From NCBI RefSeq assembly GCF_000315625.1, contig NW_005434581.1, positions 1 through 35,702 on the forward strand: 35,702 nt of DNA, read 5' to 3'. Each line of letters opens with the position of its first letter. Position 1 is the first letter of the stretch. This DNA is from Guillardia theta CCMP2712 (Eukaryota > Protista > Cryptophyta). Below are positions 1 to 12,700 of the stretch, piece after piece. Both the position numbers and the translations under genes were made by a program. The notes beneath the pieces were generated by a model. That model was not told where the DNA came from, did no database searches, and saw nothing but the letters and a program-made list of their open reading frames with translations.

Positions 1-11
1 ACTTCGAGACT

Positions 12-59
12 ACTCTCCTGATTGTCCTCGTACTGATTTTTAACTTAACTTTGAGTAAA
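12..59 (+). repeat. Conserved dispersed ~40-bp intergenic motif, copy 1 (partial copy at 82-99)
   Basis: ACTCTCCTGATTGTCCTCGTACTGATTTTTAACTTAACTTTGAGTAAA. The 3' part ACTTAACTTTGAGTAAAG recurs at 82-99. Confidence 0.85.
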
Positions 60-550
60 GATAGCCGAGCATCTTGGCCGGACTTAACTTTGAGTAAAGG
101 CCGGAGGCCCGACGGTGACCGTACCGGCGGTCCGAGTCCCGGAGCCTCCAGACGGTCCGGCCCCGGCCCGGCGGGACCCGGGCAACCGCTAGCGGTACTA
201 GGTATATGACTTAACGAAGTCGGGCCGGGACGCCCCAGGCCCGGTGACTCGAAGTTGCCGCACGCCGACCGGCCGGACAGGGCCGCAGACCGGGCCGTGG
301 CTTCCGAGTCCGACTCATCACCGTCACGGTGACGGACGGTGAAATCGCCGGTGCGGGCGGAGTCCCGGCGGCCCGGGCGGCCGGGGGCCGGGACCGTGCG
401 TGACCGACGGACTCTCGGACGTCGGACGGTCCCGAGTCCCGATTATCCGAGTCTCCGAGCCAGCAGTCACGAGTCAACCGCCGCACCAGGCATTCTCGGG
501 AGTCGCGCACCAGGCATTCCGGTCGGAGTACTTCTTTACTGCCGGTTCTG

Positions 551-592
551 CTGATTGTCCTCGTACTAATTTTTAACTTAACTTTGAGTAAA
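551..592 (+). repeat. Conserved dispersed motif copy
   Basis: CTGATTGTCCTCGTACTAATTTTTAACTTAACTTTGAGTAAA, one mismatch to copy 1. Confidence 0.9.
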
Positions 593-3529
593 CATTCTGG
601 AGCCTGGTAGAGACTTGGGGAATGTTGGATGCATGGAGCTGACCAATGACTCCCCCAACGGTCACGCCACGCCCGCATATCTCCTTCTACCCCACCCCCC
701 TCATTATAGCTGATTGGTAATGGAGGGGTGGTAAGGTCATCTGACCGTCAATCTACTTGGAAAAAAACACACATGAGGTATCCCTACCCCCTCTTTGAGT
801 GTCAAGATGGGGTCCTCCGGAGGAAGTAGTCACAGGCTACGTGTCGTTGAGGTTTTGAGCCGGGGTGTTTCACCTGGGGGTGGGGGCAAAAATCAGTACA
901 AGTACGGGGTGGTAGTACAGATCCAGGAAAAGACGGGTATCAAACTCGGAGTCACGGGATTTTCGGGACCCACGGGTGCGACGGAGGAAATTATTGGGGG
1001 TGGAGTGGGGTGGGGTGGAGTGTATCGGACATGGACGGGGTGTTACACTGCAACAGGGGAAACACGGGGTGGTTGGTGGTGAAAGTAAACTCTTTCACTA
1101 CCCCACCCACCTGTTCCCTGTATCTGCTACAGGTACCTTCGGGCGTGTCAACTTCCTGTTTTCTTTTTTCCTTCTGTCCTGTCGATCTGCACAAACCAGA
1201 CTGATTCTCGCCAGCCCACCGGTGGCATTCAGAGGGAATTATGGATAAGGGGTGGGTGATGGTGGTTGTCGGTAACGAGATCAATCTTGGAATGCTGACT
1301 ACAAAGGGCCCGCTGCCCCGACGAGAAGTAGAATATGGGTACATATCTGGTGGGGGGATGTGGGGGAGGGGGAGGGGGAGGGGGGTAGTAAATACGTTGA
1401 GTCACGGATCAAAAATCAATTTTGATCTAATTTTTTAACTTGACCGCCTCTGTACCCACCCCCTGTGCAGGTACCTTTTATGTACGAAGCACCCGTACTC
1501 GACCCTTTGCCTTTCAATTCTGCTGATTCTGTACCCCCTCTGATGTAGCGTCGACCCACCCCCTCCGAAATACCCCTACCCTCCACCAGAAGTCAACGGA
1601 CCCACTTTTGCTCCCCGGCCTCTTGCTCGGTCCTTTCCGTGCCCTTACTACCTACCCCTACATGTCGACTGAAACATCTTCAACCTAGCTACCCTACCCC
1701 TGTGGGGATGAAAATGGACCCCTGCAAACACAGAATTCCCTGATCGATGAACCCCCTCATTGGTTACCCCACCTACCTCCAATGTTTACCACCGAAGTCC
1801 ACCTGACGATTATCCTAACCCCCACCCTACCGACTTCTTCTACTATTCCGTGATGGGTGCATTTCCCGCCCGTGGACAACCCCTACGTATGTCCCCTCCC
1901 TTCTGTAAATCCTTTTCAACGTCCCCCTATCCACATCTTGATGCATCTTGCTTCGACCATGGTTGTTTTCTCCCCTGCGCCAATTAGAAAATGTTGTAGG
2001 TATGACCAATCGTAATGCAGGCAACTGGCAAACTTGTGGCTCGGAAACTTCCTGACTACCCACCCCACGAAAATCAGTGGGGCACCTTAATACCTCTGAC
2101 CCTATCACCTCAGGTTGGAATCTTCAAATGGGCTATAGGGAGGGGGTGGGGTGAATGCGCCATACCTCTTGGAACTCGCATGAAAATTGACCTTCATCCG
2201 CCTACATCCACATTCGATGTCTGCGGTCTTGATATTTCTCCCTTCAAGGGTATAACATTTATCTATTGAGATGATAGTAAGTTACACGTATGAGCTTGGG
2301 AGCGAGGTTACAGAAGAGGGTTCAGCGAGCTTACCCCAACGTTTGACTACCAGGTCCAACTCAACATGGCGGGATACATGTCCTCCACGGGTAGCCAGAA
2401 TGCACCCCTACCCCAAAGAGAACTACCCCCCCAACCTACCCCCCACAATTTCAACCTTACCAGTCAAAATGCCGGAGTTTGCATGTGATATCTTTATGCC
2501 CCCATGTCCGCCCAAGTCACCTTCCACCCCACCCCCATGTTGCTAAAAACTGGGATATCTACTGCAAGCACCCTACCCTAGACCAAAGGACCCCACGATC
2601 TGATCATATCCACGGGGGACTTGAAGAATTGCTTCCGACAGTACGCCCACCCCCACCCTCTGGATGCAGAACTTTTTCATATCTGTTCTCATGACTACCC
2701 CTACTGGGTTCTTGTGATCCCGATTTGTGTACCAGCTTGCCGATACCACCCTACGGCATAATCCGACTGCACGTAACTTCAATTGGACCGGTACGTAACA
2801 AAATAGGGTGGTCTTGGTACCCCACCCTTGGTACTACCAAACCTCGTTGCTGATATCCACGAAGTTACTAATTCCCACCCCAACCAAGTACCCACCCTAC
2901 CTCAAATTCCATCAAAAACTAAATTTTCCGTCAAGCTTCATTCCGTCCACCACCCACCACCCCTGTCCACCTAAGTTTGAATGACCTCTCTTCCATTGGC
3001 GCAGAACGTACCCCGGTAAACTAATGACCCTACCCTTGACAATCGAATTCCATTCACAACTACCCACCCTTCACGATCCGTTGACTCAATGCACATAGGC
3101 AAAAATACCCACCCTACCTCTACATACTGCAAGTACCCCCAGCCATCTTATCCCGGTTGTGATCAAGCCCTTGCTCCCCGTATCCGAGACCACCCCCACA
3201 TGAGCAAAAATTGAGTACCCCCACCCTTGACCGAATTCTTTCCTTCACCGCCCGTCTCCGATCATTCCCCCTGCGTCCAGTTTTCCCCCTAGTATCTGAC
3301 CCACCGCTCCCGACCGGCATTGCTTCAACCGCTTGCTTCTCCCTCGTTCTATCCCCCTAGCTCACCCCTCACCACTGCTTCCAGCATACTCAACTGAGAC
3401 ACGCATAGACTATCCAAGACACGCGGCGTCCTCCTTTCTGTTCTTTCTACGGGTGTGCTTCGTGTCATACCTATTCTGCACGCCACAGTTCGTTGCTGCC
3501 CGCCCCGTACCAGCTCATATTCACGCAAG

Positions 3530-4420
3530 ATGCCTGTCTCAACCTTCAATAACGATGAGTATTCTGATCTCGCGATTCTCATTTCCTTGGAGGCTCGCAA
3601 GAAGGCAAGGAGCATCGTCATGTTGAAGAAATACATGAGGAGAAAACAGATGTTCAGACGCCATCGGTGTGATCGAAGTGCTGTTGCTGAAGCCAAGCAA
3701 GTTTCTGAGCCTGCAACTATCCCCCCGACGAACGATCTGAGCATCGCTGAAGATGTGAAACCAAGCAAGGATGAGATCAACTCCAAGGAGAGCGAACCAC
3801 TGCCGTCATACCAACCGCGCCCATATCCTGGATACTTAAACGAGTCAAACGTCATGCCACGTACCAAGGCTGAAGGCAGAATTCCTCCTCTAAGGCAGCT
3901 TCTTACTTCACTGAAGAGAAGGCCGGTAGTCGACGGTGGACTTTCGGAATACTTCGTGGGAGAATTGTTCAGGAGGGCATCCAAGAATTATCGAATGAGC
4001 CGTGGGTGTCCGCCCGCATCCTCTTACGCGATCGACTCCCTGAAGTCAGACAAACAGCAGGATGCTTCTAGCACATGTGCCGTATGTCAGCTGGAGCTCG
4101 AGGGTGATACCAAGAACATGCCGTGCGGACACAGTTTCCATGAGGAATGCATTGTGCCATGGTTGCAGAGGCACAACACTTGCCCCTGCTGCAGATGCGA
4201 AGTTGAATCGGCCTGTCCCCGTCACAATCGCCGTCACATCCAGCGTCTGCAAGGCGAAGTGAGGGAGGAGGCTGTTGCCCCGGTTGAGGCCGTCACTCGT
4301 GAATGGCCCCATCCAAGGCAGGCTTATGCCTTGATCAGAGCCGTTGCTGTGTCAGAAGCCAAGTCGATCGATGTTGCATATTATCACTGTAAACAAATGC
4401 AGTCTTCTGCGTGCTCTTGA
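3530..4420 (+). CDS. RING-H2 zinc finger protein, probable E3 ubiquitin ligase (RNF181/RNF126-like RING), intronless, ~296 aa
   Basis: First ATG at 3530 in ORF 3455..4420. C3H2C3 motif CAVC...MPCGHSFHEECIVPWLQRHNTCPCCR at ~4076-4195, preceded by PPASSYAIDSL. Confidence 0.85.
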   Translation: MPVSTFNNDEYSDLAILISLEARKKARSIVMLKKYMRRKQMFRRHRCDRSAVAEAKQVSEPATIPPTNDLSIAEDVKPSKDEINSKESEPLPSYQPRPYPGYLNESNVMPRTKAEGRIPPLRQLLTSLKRRPVVDGGLSEYFVGELFRRASKNYRMSRGCPPASSYAIDSLKSDKQQDASSTCAVCQLELEGDTKNMPCGHSFHEECIVPWLQRHNTCPCCRCEVESACPRHNRRHIQRLQGEVREEAVAPVEAVTREWPHPRQAYALIRAVAVSEAKSIDVAYYHCKQMQSSACS

Positions 4421-4883
4421 ATTTGGGCATGATTGTCATAGTAGAATGAATAAACTGAATTAACTCTAGAATCTCAGTACTTGTTGACCATACTGATACT
4501 GATCTAGTCTGGCCTTGCCCGTCAGGCGCCGGTACTATCACGCTTGGCTGCACAGCTCGTCGAGTGTTCTGTCACTGAACTTCGCATTTTCTTGATGATT
4601 ACGATTCTCCCGGTTCAGCTGTTGACGCCACTCGGGGCCGCTGCCACTGAGGCCGGCGCGGCCGGGCGCCGGACTCCCGGAGAGTCAGCGGCGCCCCCCC
4701 CCGGGTGCCCGGCCGGGGCCGCCGGGCGCCCCGGCGGGGGTGACTGCAGTGTGGCCCCGGCGCGGCCCGGCGCCGCTCCGACTCAGTCACAGTGCAGTGC
4801 GGCCCGGCCCACTGGCCATGCACTCTTAAGCACTCAGTGCCTCCGACTCCGCGCGGACGATGTACGGCAGGCGGGCTCACTGT

Positions 4884-4922
4884 ATTGTCCTCGTACTCAT
4901 TTTTAACTTAACTTTGAGTAAA
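4884..4922 (+). repeat. Conserved dispersed motif copy
   Basis: ATTGTCCTCGTACTCATTTTTAACTTAACTTTGAGTAAA. Confidence 0.9.
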
Positions 4923-6201
4923 CTTGTCTGAGGCAGCCGTCACAAGAAAGTTGAAGGCTCAGTCAGGTGCCACGTCGTGAAACCGACGCAACGGCGGCCC
5001 CGGCCTGGACACTGCGAATTTGTTGTCATCTTTGAAATTACCAAATATGATTTGAAAGTTTCAAACAAAAAGTTTGAGATGTACCTAAATGTTTCCCACC
5101 ACCATCCTTGTGGTCCCTTTGCCATTCGGTGACCCCCACCCCCTATTTTCCCAAACTGCCTCGTCAGATTTATTGGCTCCCAACCTTCTAGGGTGGGTGC
5201 TCAACTTTGAATGCATGTACCCTACATCACCCCCGCTAAAGTACCCGTACATTTGAGAATTTACTCAAGAGTACCGGGTGGAATTAAAGCCCTGATGCAA
5301 AGGATTGGATAAGGCGGGTGGGTAATATCACCCTACCTCCGATTTCTCATGTCATGCTGGGGTGTACAGGGTAGATGATGAGCCGGGGTGGGGTAGGGGT
5401 GGGGTGTATTGGTGAACACCATGCCGAGGGTGCCGAGGTAGAGGAGGAGCAGGAGGACAACGAGGTGTAGAAGGGAGAGCAGGAGGAGGAGGAACATACT
5501 ACGTTGAAGATGATCAGCCACAAGATGAAACTTCTGCACATCCCATGCTCCTCCTCTGAGTACTCGCGAACATGTCGACTTGCATGTAAAATGCCTCGAA
5601 TCATAACTCACTGGAGTGCTATGCTGCCAGAACAGATAGTCAGTAGGTTGTTTCAATGTGGATCCATGAGAGTTGGTCGCGATGAAAGGACGTGAAATCC
5701 CTCTCAATCGTGCTCATCTGGATCATTCGTACACCGCCGCATGAGCCCGGCAGAGGAGGAAACTTGCACGCGACATCAGCGCTGGTGGGGCTAGACACGC
5801 GTAGGAAGATGATGTGGTTTCTGTTTCGCTGTGGATCTAGACATGACGTCTGGCAAGAAGGTACTGGGAAGTCAGTGGAATCATGCACTGCCATGATAGT
5901 GAAAAGTTGCTCAGAGCAACGCTGTAGCGTCTGGCTGGTTGAAAGCGTGAAACACCTTTGAGGATGAGATTTTAGAATCAGCAAATATTTTGCGCGTACC
6001 TTCTGTGTGCGATAGCTCTTGTTTACAAAAGTGCCTCCACGATTCTATGAAATCCTGCCACAATGCCTACAGGAAGTGGGGAGGGGGGGGGGTGGCGGAT
6101 GGAAACATGAGGATTTTCATTTCTGATTGCACTCGGAGAAAGCTGGAATGATCTGACGCGTTGATATTCCCAGTCAAGGACCTCAGCTTGAACTGGCCAA
6201 G

Positions 6202-9200
6202 ATGGAGAACGGTGACTGATGTTCTGATACACCTGCTGAGGATGCTGACGCTTTTCACGAAGGTCAGGACGAGATCTACAAGCCGAGTGCAGAGTTTTCC
6301 AGCAACGCGCATGTCAAGTATGTCTTGCTCTCCTCATCGTCCTCCATGAGTTCAAGTCTCTCCCTGATGCGTCTTGTTTGAAGGTCTCTAGATGATTACA
6401 AGAAGCTGTACGCTCGCAGCATTGAGCACCCCCAGGCGTTTTGGAGTGAAATCTCCAGTGAGTTCCATTGGCAGAAAGAATGGTTGAGCCCTCCTGTCAG
6501 CATTCATGCGTGACGATGATTTGTTGTGCAGGGATACACTTTCAAAGTACAACTATGACCTGTCTAGAGGCTCGATCAGGTGACACTCGTTCCTACTTGC
6601 TGCTGCTTGTTCCCTTTGGAAACCCTCTGGCTTTCCTTGCTTGCCCAACTCCTCTTCCTCCTCCTCCTCTCTCCTCATCGTGCTGAACATCAGTGTAGCA
6701 TTGAATGGTTTATCGGCGGGGAGACAAATGTTTGCTACAACGCTCTCGATCGGCAGATAGAGATGGGTCATGGGAGTAGGACAGCGTTTCACTGGGTTGG
6801 TAACGACGAGGGTGAAACGAAAGACTACACCTTCTCGGACATGTTTAACATGGTGAGTTGATAGAGCAGTTACTTGCAGAGCCGCTGAGTTCACGTCAAG
6901 GTGTGTCAAATGGCAAACGTGTTGAAGGATTGTGGAGTGAAGAAGGGGGACCCTGTTGCCATCTACCTCCCGATGGTCATCCAACTGCCCGTAGCGATGC
7001 TCGCCTGCGCAAGGATCGGCGCCATACACTCCGGTGAAGTGGCGGAGGGCCGGTGAGACTGGTAGAGCACGTGACTGCGTGATCAGTGATCTTCGGAGGG
7101 TTTTCTTCCGAATCTCTTGCTGGGCGTATCCTGGACTCCAAGTGCAAGGCGAGTTGCGTGCTGGGGACTGCGGGGATGTGGCAACCTGACGCAGTACAGG
7201 TGATCGTGACGGCAGACGGCGTCATGCGAGGCCCGAAGATGATCAAGTTGATCGAGGTGCTCGCTTGCATGCTCGGCCTTGCAGCGTGGGGTGTCGTTGA
7301 CGCTTCTGTGATCAGATCGTCCGCGAGGCCTTCGATATGTGCAAGAGCGATGGGCATCAGCTGGACCATGTGCTGATCAGTCAGGTGATCCCACTGCTGC
7401 TTGATGCTCGTCCTCAACTTGGCGGGTAGAGACTTCCCGAGGACCAAAGTCCGCTCGGCGAGCTGAAGAACCTTCCGCACCAGTACAAGCTGTGAGAGCC
7501 TTTGCCCTTCAAATATTTGAATTTCTCGCTTTACACGCCATCAGCCTCAAGGACCTCTGCGATAAGGCCAGCAACACTTGCCCCGTGGAGTGGATGAAGT
7601 CAGAAGACCCTCTCTTCATGCTGTACACTAGCGGTAGCCCTCCCACCGCCAACTCGAACGCTCCTGACCTTCTGACCCTCTCCCAGGATCCACCGGAAAG
7701 CCCAAGGGAGTTTTGCACACCACGGCCGGTTACATGATATGGAGTTACACCACCTTCAAGTACACGTTCGACTACAGACCCGGTGCTCGGGAGGACAAGG
7801 GTTCAGTGCTGCTGGTGCTGACGAGCCTGCAGGAGATATCTTTTTTTGCACGGCCGACTGTGGATGGATCACAGGTATGCGAGCTACAGGCCACGTGATG
7901 AACGGGGAAGCTCTTGACTCGGCCTGTTTCTTCAAGGCCACTCCTACATCACGTATGGCCCGATGCTCAACGGCGCGACTCAGGTTCCCAGCCCAGTCTT
8001 GCTAGGAGGAGCTGACATTGCATACCCTTCAGGTCCTCTTTGAAGGGATTCCTACCCATCCGACCAATTCAAGATTCTGGGAGGTGGGAGGAACAAAGTT
8101 GGTCGACCCTTCGGCGCTGACAGCCATTCCCCCTCTGGTCAGATCTGCGAGCAGTACAAGGTCACTCAGTTCTACACCGCACCCACCGCCATCCGCGCTC
8201 TCATGCGGTTCGGCGACGAGCCCGTCCAACGTTGCAACCTCTCCTCATTGAAGGTGTGACTCCTCCCTGCTCCCCTCCCCTCTCCTCCCCTTCCCTCGCT
8301 CTCTCCCTTCACGTCTCGTTCCCTCCCTCTTCTTCTCTCCTCCCTCCCCCACTTGACCCTTCGTTTCCTCCCCGTCCCTCCTTGACGACTCGAAGGTTCT
8401 GGGATCTGTCGGGGAGCCCATCAACTCTGAGGCCTGGAAGTGGTACCATACTGTCGTCGGGTCCTCCAAGTGCCCGATCGTAGACACCTGGTGGCAGGTA
8501 GGAGAGGAAGGAGAAGAGCAGCGCAGTTGTCTTGACCGATCGCTCTAGACTGAGACGGGAGGACACATGATTACACCGTTGCCGGGAGCTACCCCGTTGA
8601 AGCCAGGTATGCCCTCTCCCTCATTTTACAAGACCTGCTGACCTCCCTGTCAGGATCAGCGACGTTCCCCATGTTCGGGGTGGTACCGGCCGTCCTCGAT
8701 GCCGAGGGCCGTGAGATCACAGAGACGGAGTGCGAAGGGTACCTTGCCATCAAGCAGCCATGGCCAGGGCAGATGAGGACTGTGTTCGGAGATCATGAGA
8801 GATTTGAGAAGGTAACCGACGGTGTCAAACGTTAGAGGGGGGGCTGAAGGAGGCAACAAACAGACCTACTTCGAGCTGTACGATGCTGAGAACAACCTGA
8901 TCTGCAATCACTTCTACATCACGGGAGACGGCTGCAGGAGGTACCTGCCCCACTAGCCTCACCTCCCGCTCTCGGTGACCCTTTGCCCTGGCAGAGACAA
9001 GGACGGCTACTACTGGCTGACCGGCAGAGTTGATGACGTCATCAACGTCTCAGGTCACAGGATCGGAACAGCTGAGGTGCGGCTCGAGCCCATGGCACGT
9101 CTACGTGACGTTCTCACCCCCGGGGCTCAGGTGGAGAGCAAGTTGGACGAGCACGTGGACTGCACTGAGGCTGCGGTGGTCGGGTACCCTCATCCTGTGA

Positions 9201-9629
9201 AGGGAGAAGGGATCTATGCCTACGTCATCCTCAAAGAAGGTCGGGATGTGCTGACGCGCCGCTGCTCGCTGACATCTCCACAGGCGTCGAGCCCTGCGAT
9301 CGCATCAGGCAGGAGCTCAAGAACAAGGTCAGGAAGGAGATCGGAGCGTTTGCACAGCCAGACATCATCCACTGGGCCCCTGGACTTCCCAAGACGCGCA
9401 GGTTGAGAGTGAGGGTGAGCAGCGAGGGAGGAGTGATGGGTGCTGGCAGCGGGAAGATCATGAGGAGGATCCTGAGAAAGATCGCTGCTGGCCAGACGAT
9501 GGTGGATGACCTCGGAGACGTCAGGTGAGTCTCTCGATCCCGGGCTGCTGGGGTTGACCTGGCAGCAGCACCCTTGCGGACCCCTCGGTGGTTGAGAGCC
9601 TGATCGCCAGCAAGGCGGACGCTGCCTGA
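6202..9629 (+). CDS. acs: Acetyl-CoA synthetase (AMP-forming), ~24 short introns; true start may lie further upstream
   Basis: Spliced exons give [149 protein letters not shown] and [11 protein letters not shown]. Stop TGA at 9627-9629. Confidence 0.95.
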
Positions 9630-10136
9630 GCAGGGGCGTGTGGGGAGTTGCTGAATCGTCAAGAGTCGCTTGCCGGATTTTGTGGTTTGTTTCGTGGTTA
9701 GATCCCTGGTGGCTCGAGCGCATTTGTTAGAAGGAGAATGGGGGTCGAGGAGGAGGAGAGGAGGAGGAGGGGGAGCTGTTTGTGTGTAGCGCACACATGA
9801 CAATGAAAACACGCGCAGCGAGGAGAGCAAGTCGAAAACACCTCAATTTCGAGTCCAGTCGACCAATCTCTGCTTCCCTACCACCTTGATGACAGTTCCT
9901 CACAGCCGCATATCTTACACGACTCATTCACGATCATAGAGCTCAGTGCGCGCATGTTTAGGGGAGGGTTGAGTAGCAGGACACCCTCCCGAGCAGACGA
10001 GTGAAAGAGTGACATTTCAACAGCTGTCAAACGACTTTCTTTCATCTCCGTGCAGGTCATATCAAGTTGGAAGAGCTAAGGCAGGACATCGCCAACAGCG
10101 TCGATGCGGCGCCTGCAGCTTCGCCTCCTCCTCCCC

Positions 10137-12082
10137 TCACAATCCCAACACGTCCGTCATCTCGTAGTAACCGGCAGACTTTCCCTGCGCCACGAGCGTG
10201 AGGAGCGAACAGGGCTTCTTCCCGCATCACCTTGATCCACTTGGCCGCTCGGATGGCTCCAGCAGCGAAAACGTCTCGTGTGGACGCGCGATGGGTGAGC
10301 TCAATGCGCTAGTGACAACATTCAAAACCACTCGCAACACTTCTCCTTCCGTCACCTCATGCTCTGATGCGTAGTACACCGTGTGCAACCCAATTTCCGA
10401 GCCCATCCTTGAAGGAAGAACATCATCCCTAGACAGCGCTCGGTCCTCTCAGTCACACCTCAACGCATGCACGCCGATCTCGTTGCTCTTCCTCTTGCCC
10501 ACTTGACCCTCACGCCCGTAAACCAGATCGTTCTGGAACCTCCGCCGTCACCAACGGGAGGGAAAGCAGTTCTGTTCACCTTGACGTCTCGCCCGATCTC
10601 AGTGCAGATGGAGTCTGCGATTCCCATCGCAGTGCCACTGGGGGCGTCAACCTGATAGCAGCAGGATTAGAACCCAACGGCTCTGCATCGGAGCAAGGCG
10701 AAGCTGGTGAGGTCAGTGAGAGGGTCACCTTGTGGTGATGGTGCCCCTCAACGATCTCGATGTCAAACTCCTCTCCCAGCGACTTGGCGATCTGAGCTGC
10801 CACCTTACCAAGATAATCAGCTCCCTCGTGACCCGACGACACCTTCAAGAACCTTGAAGACTAGGTTGACGCCCAACGAGAAGTTCTGAGCGTGGATCAT
10901 AGGAACCTATTGAGCAGAGTTCAGTCCGACTACAGTCATAAGGCATTTCAATGATGCGGCACGAAATGTCTCAGAGGCACATCGTGCCGATCGCTCCTTC
11001 CCATTGGAGCAGGAGGTAGTAAGGGAAGAGCAGGGAGAGCCGAAGGGAAGAAGAAGTGAAGGATGGGAGAGAGGAGAGCAATCGGGGGGAAGAATGAGGT
11101 AAGGAAACGAAGGAAAAGGAAGAAAGGAAAAGGGGGAAAGGGGGAAAGGGGAAGGAGCAGGGGGGGGCTTTACCTTCTTTGAGGACTCCTTCACCGCAGC
11201 CCTCCATTCGAAATCCTGCACGGTGGCATGAGAAAAGAGATTGAGCAAACAGAGAGGACCACCTTTGCAGTCGTTCCAATCACCAGCGCGATTCCGAGCT
11301 CCTCCGCTCTTTTGGCCAGGGTCTTGAACAGCAACAGTGAGCATGGGAGTAGCAACTTGCGGGAGGTAAGGTCACCTTGGTACCATCAGGGGACGAGAAG
11401 TCAATGACGACGTCAGCACCAGGCATGAGCTCTGGGGTCAGGGAGAGCTGCAGGGCGATCGATCAGAGGGAACATGCCTCCACTCATTACGGATTCTTAC
11501 ATCCGACTCGACATCGGGCTCGAAATCGCGGATTTTCTGCCGTGAGCGAGTCAGGAAAGTTTCATTCAGAGATTATCCTCGTGTGAGATGTGAGGGATGA
11601 TAGCAAACAAGAAGCAGATGAACCAGCTTCTTCCACATCATGGTAGCAAACGAGAAGCTTCTTCCATATCAAGAGATCAAAACAAGGCAGGGCAATTTCG
11701 GTGAAGGAGACGTGGAAGCGTTTTGATCCGTTCGAGATCAACAGGGTACAACGCATAACACGCAAGAGACGTGGTTCAAAATCCTGATCTTGAATGGATT
11801 GAGACAGTTCTCCATGAATGATCTTTCGTCCTCATATGATCCTCACTAGCCATCCCTTCTCTCATGCTCATCGAACCCAACAACTCTCGTGATCGCGGGG
11901 CCAACAAACACGAGAAAGGAGGGAGGAGGGAGGGGAGAATGTGCTCTTACCTTGCCCTGCATGGGATGAGCGCTGTATTCGATCGCCTGCACAAGATCGA
12001 CGTCGGGGTCTCGTGCTGAGAGGACGAGGAGGCGGCGGCCCATGCGACCCCCCGCGCCATTGATAGCAACCTTGACCGGCAT
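10137..12082 (-). CDS. dapB: 4-hydroxy-tetrahydrodipicolinate (dihydrodipicolinate) reductase, 11 introns
   Basis: MPVKVAINGAGGRMGR (Rossmann), [91 protein letters not shown] and GYYEMTDVLGL*. ATG at 12082-12080, stop at 10139-10137. Confidence 0.93.
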
Positions 12083-12700
12083 GTTGCTGCAGGGGATCAC
12101 GCGATATCCACGAGAAAGGGGTGGGGTCCTAAGAGAGGGGTAGGGGTAAGGCAAACTCCCCTGAGGACTAGTCCGTTGGGGGGTAGGGTCCATCTCAGAC
12201 CACGAATGCAGGGGTGAGGTTGCAAGTCCAGTACAAGATGGGGTCATAATTACTGAATATTAGGAGGTAGGGGTACACAACAACTGTATGCGTCCACGGT
12301 CACAAAAATTTTGGTCAAAATTACCGGGTCCATAGCCTGTATGCTCCTGGACTAAATGGGGGTAGGTGTCGATAAGACCACCCCACAGGCTGTCTCGTCG
12401 AGTTCACGACAGATGCACAGGGGATGGTGGGGTGGTTAATCAGGATTAAAGGGGGTAGGGTGATGAATTATGGGGGGTGGTCAGCAGGGGACATGAAGAA
12501 GAAACAACATCATCGCCCTCAAGTGACTCGCGGAGTCACGGCGGCCGGCCCGGCCGGCCACCCGGACCCGTACCGCCCGGGGCCGGCGTGACTCCGGGAG
12601 GCGGGGTGACTCCCGGATCGGCCCCGTCACTCGGAGTTATACTGCGTGATGTCAGGCTCACGGTCAGCGGCCCGGCTCGGTCGGGCAACAATGACCAAGT

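Noticed and set aside
211-3320. Numerous short ORFs in the GC island and G-tract block
   Set aside because: No recognisable motifs and mostly non-ATG starts; explained by compositional bias.
1440-3320. CCCTA-containing words as interstitial telomeric repeats
   Set aside because: Not tandem and with no fixed repeat unit.
5333-6160. Separate gene or upstream ACS exons
   Set aside because: Possible ATG and donor at 5421, but I could not build a consistent exon chain or recognise a product. Left unannotated.
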